A stretch of DNA of 63,876 bases, the filler included, from Candidatus Tectimicrobiota bacterium (GTDB taxonomy: Bacteria > JACPSX01): NCBI GenBank assembly GCA_016193065.1. It is 7 parts of 7 records of this genome, joined end to end, with 100 filler letters (N's around TTAATTAATTAA, not from the genome) between each part and the next. Parts side by side here need not be neighbours in the genome. Positions count along the whole stretch, not along the records: positions 1 to 18,065 come from JACPSX010000198.1; positions 18,166 to 23,448 come from JACPSX010000194.1; 5 more parts are not named here. The stretch is one strand, 5' to 3'. The translations under genes and the position numbers were made by a program. This document shows positions 9,998-21,551 of the stretch, piece after piece. Each line of letters opens with the position of its first letter. Position 1 is the stretch's first letter. Under the pieces are notes generated by a model, which worked only from the letters and a program-made list of their open reading frames with translations, was not told where the DNA came from and searched no databases.

Positions 9998-12043
9998 ATG
10001 AGGGACTTCTTTTTTGGACTCTTCGGTTTGGCAGTCCTCCTTGGACTCGGAGCGGTCATCTGGCAACATAACCAGCGGCCCTGGGTTCGATATCAGAGGG
10101 AGTTTTATGCCCAGAAGGAGAAGCTCCTGATCGAGGCGAAAAACAAGGCCCGGGATGTAAGGGAAACGGAGCGCCTTGATCGCGAGATCGAGAAGATCCG
10201 GGCAACATCCCCGCAGGTGCAGCAGATTGCTCTGAGCCATCTCAATTGGGCCGACCGTTGCACGACCTGTCATCTGGGGATCGAGGATCCCCAATTCAGC
10301 AACGCACCCCAACCCTTCAGGACTCACCCGGAGCCCTTTCTCTCCTGGCACCCCCCGGAACAATTCGGCTGCACCCCTTGTCACCGCGGGCAGGGCTTGG
10401 CAACAACCCGCGATGCTCACGGAGGAGCCAGGAATTGGAAAGAACCCATGCTGCCCGCTGAATTCCTGGAAGCCTCCTGCGCGACATGTCACCGCAATCT
10501 GACGAAGCGTGTGGCTCCCATCTGGTTCCGGGGTCGAGAGCTTGTTGATTTCCTGGGTTGCCGGGGCTGCCATGCGATTGGAGGCCTGAAGTCTGCGGAA
10601 AAAATCGGGCCTCCCCTGAACAACGAGAGCCGAAAGGTGAAGCCCGGCTGGCTGCTGAACTATCTCAAGGATCCCAGAAAGTACTCCGCCGAGACCCGTA
10701 TGCCGAACTACAAGCTCCCGGAAGCGGAGACACTCGCCCTGCGGGATTTTCTCATGACCCTGCGCACAGACCCGGACCCGGCAGAGGCAGTCCGATGGGA
10801 TCCCGGAGAAAAGCAAGCGGCCCGCGGCAAGAAATTGTTTGAAGATCTCGGTTGCCTGTCCTGCCACGCACTGGCCGCCGCGAAACCGGCGGGATTTTTC
10901 CAGGCCCCCAAACCAGGCCCCGAGCTGAGCCGGATCCGGGAAAAGATCAACCCGGTCTGGCTGGTGAATTACTTGATGGATCCCTCTAGGGTACAACCCG
11001 GGACCCGAATGCCCCTCTACCGTCTGACCCGGGACCAAGCCCAGGATCTGGCTGCATTCCTGTTGAGCCAAAACGCGGAGAATAGCAAGGACCAGGATGG
11101 AGAACCCGCTTTCCAGCCCGATCCGGCCAGGGCCCGGGAAGGGAAAGGGCTCGCGATCAAGTACAACTGTGTCGGTTGCCATGAAATCGAGGGGATCCGC
11201 CAGGGAGAAGCGGGCCCTCCTCTGGATGGAATCGGCGGCCGCAACGTGGAGCGCCTTGATTTCGGCTCCAATCCCAAAGGGAAAGACCGCAGCCTTTACT
11301 CCTGGCTCGAAGCAAAGCTGACGACCCCGAGAACCTATCGGGAGGGGCTCAAGATGCCCGAAGTGAACCTAAGAAGAGGGGAAGAAAAAGCCGTCGTCAC
11401 GTTCCTGTTGAGCTTGGTGGCAAGACCCTTCCCCGAACTGCACCCAGAGGGTACCCGGGTGGCGGCTCCGCATACTCTGGAGCCTGCCGTACCCTCCGGC
11501 GGACCGGCCGGCACCCTGTGGAGAAAACTCCAGTGCACAAGCTGCCACCGGATTGGAAACTCGGGGGGAAGCATCGGCCCCGATCTCAGCGGAGAGGGGA
11601 GCCGCGTGCGCCGGGCCTGGCTGGAACAATACCTGAAAAGGCCAAAACCCCTTCGCCCCCTTCTCCAAGCCCGGATGCCCGACTTCCATCTCCAGGACTC
11701 CGAGGTCAGGATCCTGGCCGACTTTATTTCAACCAGCCTCTGGTCGCAAGACGTCGGAAGGAATTCTCGGGGGTCCCTGGATTTGTCCCGGGAAACCGCG
11801 GAAAAGGGCAGGCTCCTTCTTAGAGAATCCGGCTGCATCGGTTGTCATGAACTTGAGGGTAAGGGAGGAAAGGTAGGCCCCCGCCTCGACCGGATCGCTG
11901 AGCGCCTGAACGAAGACTGGATCCGGGCTTATCTAAAAGATCCCCAGAGGATGTTTCGGGGGGCGGCCATGACCCCTAACTATGGCTTCGACGACGAGCA
12001 GATCCGGGCTCTGACTGCCTATTTGCTCAGGGGAGTTCCATGA
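9998..12043 (+). CDS. Membrane-anchored octaheme cytochrome c
   Basis: N-terminal TM helix; eight CxxCH (CTTCH, CTPCH, CATCH, CRGCH, CLSCH, CVGCH, CTSCH, CIGCH); repeated GPxL...W L...P...MP class-I modules. Confidence 0.92.
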   Translation: MRDFFFGLFGLAVLLGLGAVIWQHNQRPWVRYQREFYAQKEKLLIEAKNKARDVRETERLDREIEKIRATSPQVQQIALSHLNWADRCTTCHLGIEDPQFSNAPQPFRTHPEPFLSWHPPEQFGCTPCHRGQGLATTRDAHGGARNWKEPMLPAEFLEASCATCHRNLTKRVAPIWFRGRELVDFLGCRGCHAIGGLKSAEKIGPPLNNESRKVKPGWLLNYLKDPRKYSAETRMPNYKLPEAETLALRDFLMTLRTDPDPAEAVRWDPGEKQAARGKKLFEDLGCLSCHALAAAKPAGFFQAPKPGPELSRIREKINPVWLVNYLMDPSRVQPGTRMPLYRLTRDQAQDLAAFLLSQNAENSKDQDGEPAFQPDPARAREGKGLAIKYNCVGCHEIEGIRQGEAGPPLDGIGGRNVERLDFGSNPKGKDRSLYSWLEAKLTTPRTYREGLKMPEVNLRRGEEKAVVTFLLSLVARPFPELHPEGTRVAAPHTLEPAVPSGGPAGTLWRKLQCTSCHRIGNSGGSIGPDLSGEGSRVRRAWLEQYLKRPKPLRPLLQARMPDFHLQDSEVRILADFISTSLWSQDVGRNSRGSLDLSRETAEKGRLLLRESGCIGCHELEGKGGKVGPRLDRIAERLNEDWIRAYLKDPQRMFRGAAMTPNYGFDDEQIRALTAYLLRGVP

Positions 12044-12573
12044 AGTTTCAAAGAATCAAAGCCAGGATCCGCTTCTTCCCCTGGGTGGTTCTGTTCGTCA
12101 TGGTGACCGCGGCGGGTGGCTGCTCGGGCGGGGATCAGACTGCACTTGAAACACAACCTCTCCTGGTCAAGAAGCGGGTTTCCGAGCGGGTCTGGCGCGG
12201 AAAAGAAATTTACGTTTCTCACTGCGCCGCCTGCCATGGTCTCCAGGGACGCGGGGATGGACCAAACACAGACCGCCTGGAGCGCCCCCCTCGGGATTTC
12301 ACTGCAGCCGAATTCATGGCAGCCAAGACAGACGATTATCTCTACCGGGTGATTGCAGGAGGCGGCAAGTCGGTGGGTCTTTCCTCTCTAATGCCCCCCT
12401 GGGGCAAAACCCTAAATACGGAAGAAGTTTGGGATCTGGTCAAGGTCCTGCGGCAATTTTCCCAATCTTCCCCTCTGGACAGCAGCCGCCAGGCTCACGG
12501 GACAGCAGAAGGAGGGAGCGGCCCTCACCAGGGAGAACAATCCGACCCGATTTCTCAAAAAGGAAGGAGGTGA
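12040..12573 (+). CDS. Monoheme cytochrome c, probable lipoprotein
   Basis: CAACHG..GRGDGP; PRDFT; MPPWG distal Met; signal with AGGC lipobox-like site; ATGA overlap. Confidence 0.88.
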   Translation: MKFQRIKARIRFFPWVVLFVMVTAAGGCSGGDQTALETQPLLVKKRVSERVWRGKEIYVSHCAACHGLQGRGDGPNTDRLERPPRDFTAAEFMAAKTDDYLYRVIAGGGKSVGLSSLMPPWGKTLNTEEVWDLVKVLRQFSQSSPLDSSRQAHGTAEGGSGPHQGEQSDPISQKGRR

Positions 12574-12576
12574 ACT

Positions 12577-13047
12577 ATGGGCAACAAAAAAAGAAAGGCT
12601 CCAAAGAGTGAAGAGCCGCTTTCTCCACCCAAAAAACAGGGGAAAGCGGCGATTCTGGTGCTGGCTCTGGCTGTCATCCTCGTCGCGGCTGTCGGGATTT
12701 ATTACATCAGCCGCCCGAGTGCCGGCCCGGCCCGCACATCTCAAGCATCCCCGGCGGAGTATCCGAGGAGAGAGACCAGACCGACTCTCTCTCCGGCCAT
12801 GTTCACCGGGGAAGTCGCGGCGACTTATCAGGTGGCCCAGGAGATCCCCGAAGTCCTGGACCAACTCTACTGCTACTGCAAGTGCCGGGAGAACTTCGGG
12901 CACAAGAGCCTTCTGACTTGCTATGTCGATCGCCACGCATCGACCTGACACGTCTGCTTGGATGAGGCGCAGTTGGCGTCTCAAATGCACAAGAAAGGGG
13001 CAACGCCCCAGGAGATTCAAAAGGCCATCGACCGGCAGTTCGGCTAA
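12577..13047 (+). CDS. Membrane-anchored CYCxC/PCYCGC-family selenoprotein (Sec at codon 124, UxxC), 156 aa
   Basis: DQLYCYCKC..GHKSLLTCY..HAST then TGA 12946-12948, then in-frame HVCLDEAQLASQMHKKGATPQEIQKAIDRQFG-TAA; TGA sits at the family's conserved CxxC Cys; SECIS-like hairpin follows. Confidence 0.85.
12963..12983 (+). promoter_or_regulatory. Bacterial SECIS-like hairpin of the CYCxC selenoprotein
   Basis: TGAGGCGC-AGTTG-GCGTCTCA, 8-bp stem with one G-U; loop has G at position 2 followed by U, 22 nt after UGA. Confidence 0.65.
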
Positions 13048-13266
13048 TCCGACAAACGACCCGGGAGGCGGCTCTCCCAGGCCCTCCGCCGACGGGCCTG
13101 CGGGAGCTGCCTGCCCGGAATGGGCAGGTCAGACGGAAAAGCGGCGGGGTCCGATCCCGCCAGCGGGGCTCCCTGGACTCCGGAAATGTTTGGGATTCAT
13201 CACGAATCTGCAGTATAATCGGCCCAATCGGAATGCGGGAGAAGGTGGAAAAAGGGAGACTCGACT

Positions 13267-13722
13267 ATGGTTCAGGATCTCGACCTGACCCCCCTGGGGA
13301 TCATTAATCTAGCTGTTAATAAAGAAAAGGACTCGTTCTCGGCGTTTGCCAAGGCAGCTCAGGTATGCTCGGGGCTCAAGCTCAGGCGCACCTTGAACCA
13401 GCTTGCCCTCGAAGAGCTTCGCCACATTCTAAGGCTCATGGAGATGTCCGAAGGGCTTTCCGGGGACCCGCTGGAGGTTATCGATCTGACGATCCCTATA
13501 ACCCCCTCTTACACGGAGCTTCTGGGGCAAGAAGAAGAGGTGCTGGGAGCCGCCATTCGCAGTGAGCGGGAGTCCAGGGACTTCTACCGAAACATCATCG
13601 ACCAGATCCCGCCGGGCGGGGAAACCGCGGAGGTACGGCAACTCTTGCAGGATCTCATCCGGGAAGAGGAGCAGCATGAGGAATCCCTCAAGCTCCTCAC
13701 CTTGGTGAAACGCGACCGGTAA
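13267..13722 (+). CDS. Rubrerythrin/ferritin-like diiron protein
   Basis: Two E...ExxH helix pairs (KE..LALEELRH; SE..LIREEEQH). Confidence 0.78.
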   Translation: MVQDLDLTPLGIINLAVNKEKDSFSAFAKAAQVCSGLKLRRTLNQLALEELRHILRLMEMSEGLSGDPLEVIDLTIPITPSYTELLGQEEEVLGAAIRSERESRDFYRNIIDQIPPGGETAEVRQLLQDLIREEEQHEESLKLLTLVKRDR

Positions 13723-13726
13723 TCGC

Positions 13727-13748
13727 CGGGGTCCCTGGAGGGCCCCCC
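13727..13748. terminator. Hairpin between convergent ferritin-like gene and maeB
   Basis: GGGGTCCCT-GG-AGGGCCCC inverted repeat. Confidence 0.4.
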
Positions 13749-13761
13749 TTACTTCTCCCGC

Positions 13762-16029
<2,268 letters not shown>

Positions 16030-16081
16030 GGGTGATTTCTCTCCTTACCGACTGCCCCCCGAGGAAAACGGAGAAAAGGAT

Positions 16082-16633
16082 TTATACCTTTGGCACCATG
16101 GCGGTCCGGCCAGCGGCAAACCCCGCCTCAAGAGCTCGGGTATTGAGAGCCTCGGTTCCTTTGGGAACCCGGGCCAGAACCGCCTTCTTGATAGCCTCCC
16201 GGGTCACGATTCCGGAAATCTCCGTGATGACCCCGAGGGCCACGATGTTCGCCACGATTTCCTTCCCAATCTCCTCTCGGGCAATCTGGATCATGGGAAC
16301 CTGATAGACCTGGAAGCTTCCGGGGGGGATGGAGGGCACATAGGTGGCATCGACGACCAAGTGCCCCCCTTCTTTCAGATCTTTCACGTACTCATTACAA
16401 CTTTCCTGGGTCAAGGACAAGAGCAGATCCACACGCGTCGCTTTCGGGTAATCAATCTCCTCGTCGCTAATAATTACCTCCGACTTGCTCTTCCCTCCCC
16501 GCGATTCCGGACCATAGGATTGGCTTTGAGTCACGTTTTTGCCGTCGTAAATTCCCACCGCCTCGGCCAGGATCACTCCCGCAAGAATCAGCCCCTGTCC
16601 TCCTTCTCCGCTGAGACGCGCCTCATAACGCAT
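16082..16633 (-). CDS. korC: 2-oxoacid:ferredoxin oxidoreductase gamma subunit
   Basis: GEGGQGLILAG, QSYGPESRGG; start ATG 16633 best fits the GAGGGG RBS. Confidence 0.92.
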   Translation of the reverse strand: MRYEARLSGEGGQGLILAGVILAEAVGIYDGKNVTQSQSYGPESRGGKSKSEVIISDEEIDYPKATRVDLLLSLTQESCNEYVKDLKEGGHLVVDATYVPSIPPGSFQVYQVPMIQIAREEIGKEIVANIVALGVITEISGIVTREAIKKAVLARVPKGTEALNTRALEAGFAAGRTAMVPKV

Positions 16634-17453
16634 GGCCATTCCCCTCAACTTTCACACGATCGATGAGTTGCTGATAGCGGGCCGTGTACTCGGTCGCCTC
16701 GTGCTTGTGAAGAATCTTTGTGAAGACTTTCCCCGCCAGTTGCTCCGGGGTGTACCTTCCCTGCTGGTCAATGGGAACGACCTTGTCCTTCTGGGCCAGG
16801 AGCATGTCCGCCGGATCTCCAAGCTTGTTTTTCCTGCCGTAAATTTCGGGGCAGTCCGTGATCACCTCCAGGAAAGAAAAGCCGGGATGCTGAATCGCCT
16901 CCACGATGAGCTTTTCCAGGGCCACGGCATGGTACGTGGTTCCCCGGGCCACAAAGCTCGCACCCGCCGCTTCCGCCAGCTTGCAGGCGTCGAAAGAGGG
17001 TTCCATCTGACCGTAAGGCATCGTGCTGGCCCACATGCCCATCGGGGTTGTGGGAGCAACTTGCCCGCCGGTCATGCCGTAAGTCGCGTTGTTGAACAAA
17101 ATGCAGGTGACGTCGATGTTGCGGCGGCAGGCATGAATAAAGTGATTGCCTCCGATGGCCAACCCGTCGCCGTCTCCCGTGATCACGATCACCTTGAGTT
17201 CCGGCCGAGCCAGCTTGACACCGGTGGCAAAGGCCAGAGGGCGACCGTGCGTGGTGTGAAGCGTATTAAAATCCACGTAGCCCGGTAGGCGGCCCGCACA
17301 ACCGATGCCGGAAACCATGGCCACGTCGTCTTTTTGAATCTTCAACCGGTCGATGGCGCGCAGGATGGATTTGGTGATGATCCCGTTGCCACACCCCTTG
17401 CACCAGATCAGCGGGAACATCTCCTCCCGCATGTACTCTTCGTAGACAAACAT
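16623..17453 (-). CDS. korB: 2-oxoacid:ferredoxin oxidoreductase beta (TPP-binding) subunit
   Basis: WCKGCG, SGIGC, GDGD..AIGGNH, NNATYGMTGGQ. Confidence 0.94.
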   Translation of the reverse strand: MFVYEEYMREEMFPLIWCKGCGNGIITKSILRAIDRLKIQKDDVAMVSGIGCAGRLPGYVDFNTLHTTHGRPLAFATGVKLARPELKVIVITGDGDGLAIGGNHFIHACRRNIDVTCILFNNATYGMTGGQVAPTTPMGMWASTMPYGQMEPSFDACKLAEAAGASFVARGTTYHAVALEKLIVEAIQHPGFSFLEVITDCPEIYGRKNKLGDPADMLLAQKDKVVPIDQQGRYTPEQLAGKVFTKILHKHEATEYTARYQQLIDRVKVEGNGHAL

Positions 17454-18065
17454 TTAACCCTCCTTAATCGCAGAAAGGATCTGAGAAGGTGGAATGGGCT
17501 CCCCGTCCGCCTTCAGACAGGGGAGAACACGGGTCTTGCCGTGAACGGCCCTCTCCACCTCGTAAATCAGCTGTCCCATGTTCATCTCCGCCACCACAAT
17601 GGTCCGCACCCGCTCGCCGAGAGCGGCCACATCTTTCTCCGGGAAGGGCCACAACGTCCGGGGCCTTAATAGGCCCGCCCGAATGCCGAGATCCCGGGCC
17701 TCTCGAACAGCCCCGCGGGCCGAGCGGGCGGTGCTGCCGATGGCAAATACGGCGACCTCGGCATCGTCCGTGAGAAAACTTTCCGTCGAGAGAATGTCGT
17801 CCAGGTGCCGATCGATCTTGCGCTTCAGGCGCTCCTGGAGGGCCTGCACAATGGCTGGTTTTTCAGTGGGCAGTCCATGCTCGTCGTGCATGAGCCCGGT
17901 GATATGATAGCGATAGCCTTCCCCAAAATTAGCCAGGACGGGAATGTCGTCATCTGTCGGCCCATAGGGGACGTACTCATCGGGCGAACAAGTAGGCTGT
18001 GTGCGGTCTACAATCTCGTATTCCCCAGGCAGCGGAATCTCCACTGTTTCCCGCATGTGGCCCAG
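17454..18065 (-). CDS. korA: 2-oxoacid:ferredoxin oxidoreductase alpha subunit, C-terminal part (5' cut by contig end)
   Basis: YHITGLMHDEHG, RPRTLWPFP, VVAEMNMGQ. Confidence 0.9.
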   Translation of the reverse strand: MGHMRETVEIPLPGEYEIVDRTQPTCSPDEYVPYGPTDDDIPVLANFGEGYRYHITGLMHDEHGLPTEKPAIVQALQERLKRKIDRHLDDILSTESFLTDDAEVAVFAIGSTARSARGAVREARDLGIRAGLLRPRTLWPFPEKDVAALGERVRTIVVAEMNMGQLIYEVERAVHGKTRVLPCLKADGEPIPPSQILSAIKEG

Positions 18066-18165
18066 NNNNNNNNNNNNNNNNNNNNNNNNNNNNNNNNNNN
18101 NNNNNNNNNTTAATTAATTAANNNNNNNNNNNNNNNNNNNNNNNNNNNNNNNNNNNNNNNNNNNN
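18066..18165. other. Artificial contig linker N44-TTAATTAATTAA-N44 (also 23449-23548, 33172-33271, 51093-51192, 55078-55177, 61218-61317)
   Basis: Identical all-frame-stop spacer seen six times. Confidence 0.99.
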
Positions 18166-19501
18166 AGCGGGCGTGCACCGAGGCCACCATGAAGTCGCAC
18201 GTTTTCCACACGGCCTCGTCGTAATCGAGGCTGCCGTCGGCCAGAATTTCCAGCTCGATCCCCTTGAGGAGCACGAAGTTCTCGAAGGCTTCGTTGAGGC
18301 GGTCGATTTCTTCCTGCTGGCGCCGGAGGCGCTCCCGGTCCAGGCCGTGGGCATAGCGGGCCGTCTCGCTGTGGTCCGCAATCCCCAGGTAGGAGTAGCC
18401 GAGCTTTTGGGCCGCCTCCGCCATCTCGGCAATGGGAACCGCGCCGTCGCTGTAATCGGTGTGGACGTGGAGAACCCCGCGAATATCCTTCTCCTCGAGA
18501 AGGTCGGGCAACTCGCCCCGGGCGGCGGCTTCGATCTCTCCCAGCCCTTCACGAAGTTCCGGCACGATCCAGGAAAGCCCCAGGGCTCCGTAAATTTCCT
18601 CTTCGCTACGGCAGGTGACCTCTTTTCCCGACTGGCTCAATCCCCGGTCAGCTAAGGAGAACCCTTTGAGAGAAGCATGGCGGGCAAGGGCCTCCCGGTG
18701 TTCGGAACTTCCCGTCCCGTACAGGAGAGCGAAGGGATAGGAAGCGCCAGGGACTACCTGGATTTCCACCGGAATTCCCACTTCCCACTGGCCGCAGGCC
18801 TTGCCGCCTCCCGGCAGTTCCGGATTTCCCAAGTCCGGCCACCGGCGAATTGCCTCACGGACCTCTTCCGAGCAGGCACTGCTTACCACACAATCAATGT
18901 CCCGGACGATCTCTCTCCTCCTGCGCACGCTCCCCGCCAGGGAGGCTTCTTCTACTCCGGGCACGCGGCGCAGTTTTTCCACCAACTCCTCCGCTGAGGT
19001 GAGAACATCTCCCAGCAGGAACTGGCCGCGGTTTTTCTTGAGCTGGGCGATCCCCTTGAGAATCGTCTCCTGAGTCTTCTTGCCGAAGCCGGGCAGATCG
19101 ATGAGGCGGTTCTCCAGGCAGGCGTATTCCAGCTCACCGAGGCTGGTGACACCGAGCTGTTCGTGAACCGCCTTGATCTTTTTGGGACCCAACTGCGGAA
19201 CCTGGAGGAGTTCCAGGAGACCCACGGGAACCGCGGCCTTGAGGCGCTCGTAATAGTCGAGCCGTCCCGTGGTTACAAGCTCCGTGATCTTCTCGGAGAG
19301 GGCGGGACCGATTCCTTTCAAGGCGCGGATCTCTCCACTGGCCACCAGCTCGGCCACGTCCCGATCCAGACCTGAGATGAGCCGGGCGCCGTTGGAATAG
19401 GCGCGGGTCTTGAAGGGATTCTCCCCCTGAATTTCCAGCAGAAGGGCAATATCTTCCAGGATCTGAGCCACCTGCTTGTTGTTCATTGAAGCCGGACTCA
19501 C
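18166..19501 (-). CDS. polX: DNA polymerase X with PHP domain, 3' cut by contig end
   Basis: GENPFKTRAY, GSVRRRREIVRDID, PELRE, PHP HVHTDYSDG; alt start ATG 19486. Confidence 0.93.
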
Positions 19502-19612
19502 TTTGCCTCCCTCTGTGCGCGGTGCTCCGGAACGGGTCTGGAAACCTGTTGAAGAAGATTATACCCTGATCCGAAACGATCATGGGCCTGTTGCCCACCC
19601 GCGCATAATGAA

Positions 19613-19662
19613 CTCCCCCCCACCCATCCCTCCCCCTCGGGGGAGGGGAAGGGAGGGGGTGA
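19613..19662. repeat. REP-like C-rich/G-rich palindrome (family also at 53641-53697 and 59084-59120)
   Basis: CCCTCCCCCTCGGGGGAGGG core; its reverse complement closely matches 53641-53697. Confidence 0.7.
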
Positions 19663-19760
19663 ACAAGCCATTTTCAGAGCAAATTCCTTTCATCGCCATG
19701 GCCAAAGCTTCGCGGGAGTAGCCTTTCCGCCNNNNNNNNNNNNNNNNNNNNNNNNNNNNC

Positions 19761-21551
19761 CGCAGGAGAACGAACATTTTTCGCTATTTCAGCCGGGTCA
19801 AGTTTCTCATCGTCCGCTACTGGCACCTCCTGGTGATCGGGGTCGCAGCCCTCATTGCCACCGACCTGATGGGAGCGGCCATCCCCTGGCTCATCAAGGG
19901 GGGGATCGACACCGCTTTGAGCAAAGGGAAGAGCACTTGGGACCTGCTCAAATACCCTCTGCTGATTCTGGGAGCAGCCCTCCTGCAGGGCATGTTCCGC
20001 TACTTCTGGCGCATGAACATTTTCGGCTTCTCCAGGCGCGTGGAATGGGATTTGAGAAGCACGGTATTCTCCCACCTCTTGAAAGTCCCCCTGTCCTATT
20101 TCCAGCACACCAAGACGGGCGACCTGATGTCGCGCCTGACCAATGACATGCAAGCCATCCGGGAGCTTCTCGGCTTCGGCTCCCTGGCCGTGATTGACGC
20201 CGCCGTGGTCATCACGGCGAGCTTGAGCTTCATGATCGCCATCGACCCATGGCTCACACTCTGGTCCCTGCTGGCAATGCCCCTGATCAGCCTCTCCGTG
20301 CGCTTCTTCGGGAGCCGCATCTTCCACTGGTCACGGGATGTCCAGCAGCACTTAAGCAAACTGAGTACTTACGTCCAGGAAGACCTGGCCGGAATTCGGG
20401 TCGTCCAGGCCTATGCCCAGGAAGAAAACCAATTCCAGGGATTCCACCGCCTGAGCTCCGAATACCTGCGCAAGAACCTCTGGCTGGCAACCCTCTGGGG
20501 CATCCTATGGCCCCTCATGCGGGTCTTCTCCGGAATCGCCGCAGCAATCGTCCTGTGGGTCGGCGGACGCAAGGTGCTGCAGGGCACCATGACGTTGGGG
20601 GAGTTCACGGCCTTCAACGGGTATCTGGCCATGCTGACCTGGCCCGTCATGGCGGTTGGCCACGTGGTGAACCAGTACCAGAGAGGCACTGCCGCACTGA
20701 GCCGGATTATTGAAGTCCTGGATACCCCCGTGGCTCCCGGATACCGGCAAGAGGACTTGCCGGCCCCGGCCCGCCCCATTCAGGGCCACATCGAGCTCCG
20801 CAGTCTTAGCTTCAGCTACGGGGACCAGCATTTCCCGGCCTTGAAAGAAATCTCCCTGGCGATTCCGGCGGGCAGCACCTGCGGAATCATCGGCGAGACC
20901 GGCTCCGGGAAAACCACGCTGGTCCACCTGCTGCTCAGACTTTTTGAACCCCCTCCCGGCACCATCTTCATCGACAGGATCGACATCACCGAGATCCCTC
21001 TGGCCACTCTCAAGGAGGGCGTCGGGTTCGTATCCCAGGACATCTTCCTGTTCTCCGATACGATCCGGGAGAACATCCTCTTTGGCCATCGGGACGCGGA
21101 CATCGAAGCCCTGGAGGAGGCTGCCGGCATTGCCCAGATCCTGCCCAGCATCCGGGAGTTCACCCACCAGTTCGACACGGTTCTGGGAGAGAGGGGGGTG
21201 CGCCTGTCCGGAGGGCAAAAGCAGCGCACGGCACTGGCCAGGGCCATCATCAAGAGCCCGCCCATCCTGATCCTGGACGATGCCTTCTCCAGCGTCGACA
21301 CGGAAACCGAGGAGGAGATTCTCAATCACCTGCGCCAGTTCATGGAGAAGAGGACGACCCTCTTGATCTCCCATCGCATCTCCACCGTCCAGGGAGCGGA
21401 CCTGATCGTCTACTTGCGGGACGGGGAGATCATCGAGAGAGGAACCCACGAGGAACTCCTGGCCCGGCAAGGAGCTTATTACCGGCTCTACCAGAAGCAG
21501 CAACTCGCGCGCGAGGTCGAGGAGATGGCTCGCGAGGAAGAATCGGGATGA
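19761..21551 (+). CDS. ABC exporter permease/ATPase, MdlA-like; start uncertain (frame open back to scaffold gap 19732-19760)
   Basis: TGDLMSRLTND; GETGSGKTT; LSGGQKQR; degenerate Walker B ILDD. Confidence 0.9.
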   Translation, partial: RRRTNIFRYFSRVKFLIVRYWHLLVIGVAALIATDLMGAAIPWLIKGGIDTALSKGKSTWDLLKYPLLILGAALLQGMFRYFWRMNIFGFSRRVEWDLRSTVFSHLLKVPLSYFQHTKTGDLMSRLTNDMQAIRELLGFGSLAVIDAAVVITASLSFMIAIDPWLTLWSLLAMPLISLSVRFFGSRIFHWSRDVQQHLSKLSTYVQEDLAGIRVVQAYAQEENQFQGFHRLSSEYLRKNLWLATLWGILWPLMRVFSGIAAAIVLWVGGRKVLQGTMTLGEFTAFNGYLAMLTWPVMAVGHVVNQYQRGTAALSRIIEVLDTPVAPGYRQEDLPAPARPIQGHIELRSLSFSYGDQHFPALKEISLAIPAGSTCGIIGETGSGKTTLVHLLLRLFEPPPGTIFIDRIDITEIPLATLKEGVGFVSQDIFLFSDTIRENILFGHRDADIEALEEAAGIAQILPSIREFTHQFDTVLGERGVRLSGGQKQRTALARAIIKSPPILILDDAFSSVDTETEEEILNHLRQFMEKRTTLLISHRISTVQGADLIVYLRDGEIIERGTHEELLARQGAYYRLYQKQQLAREVEEMAREEESG

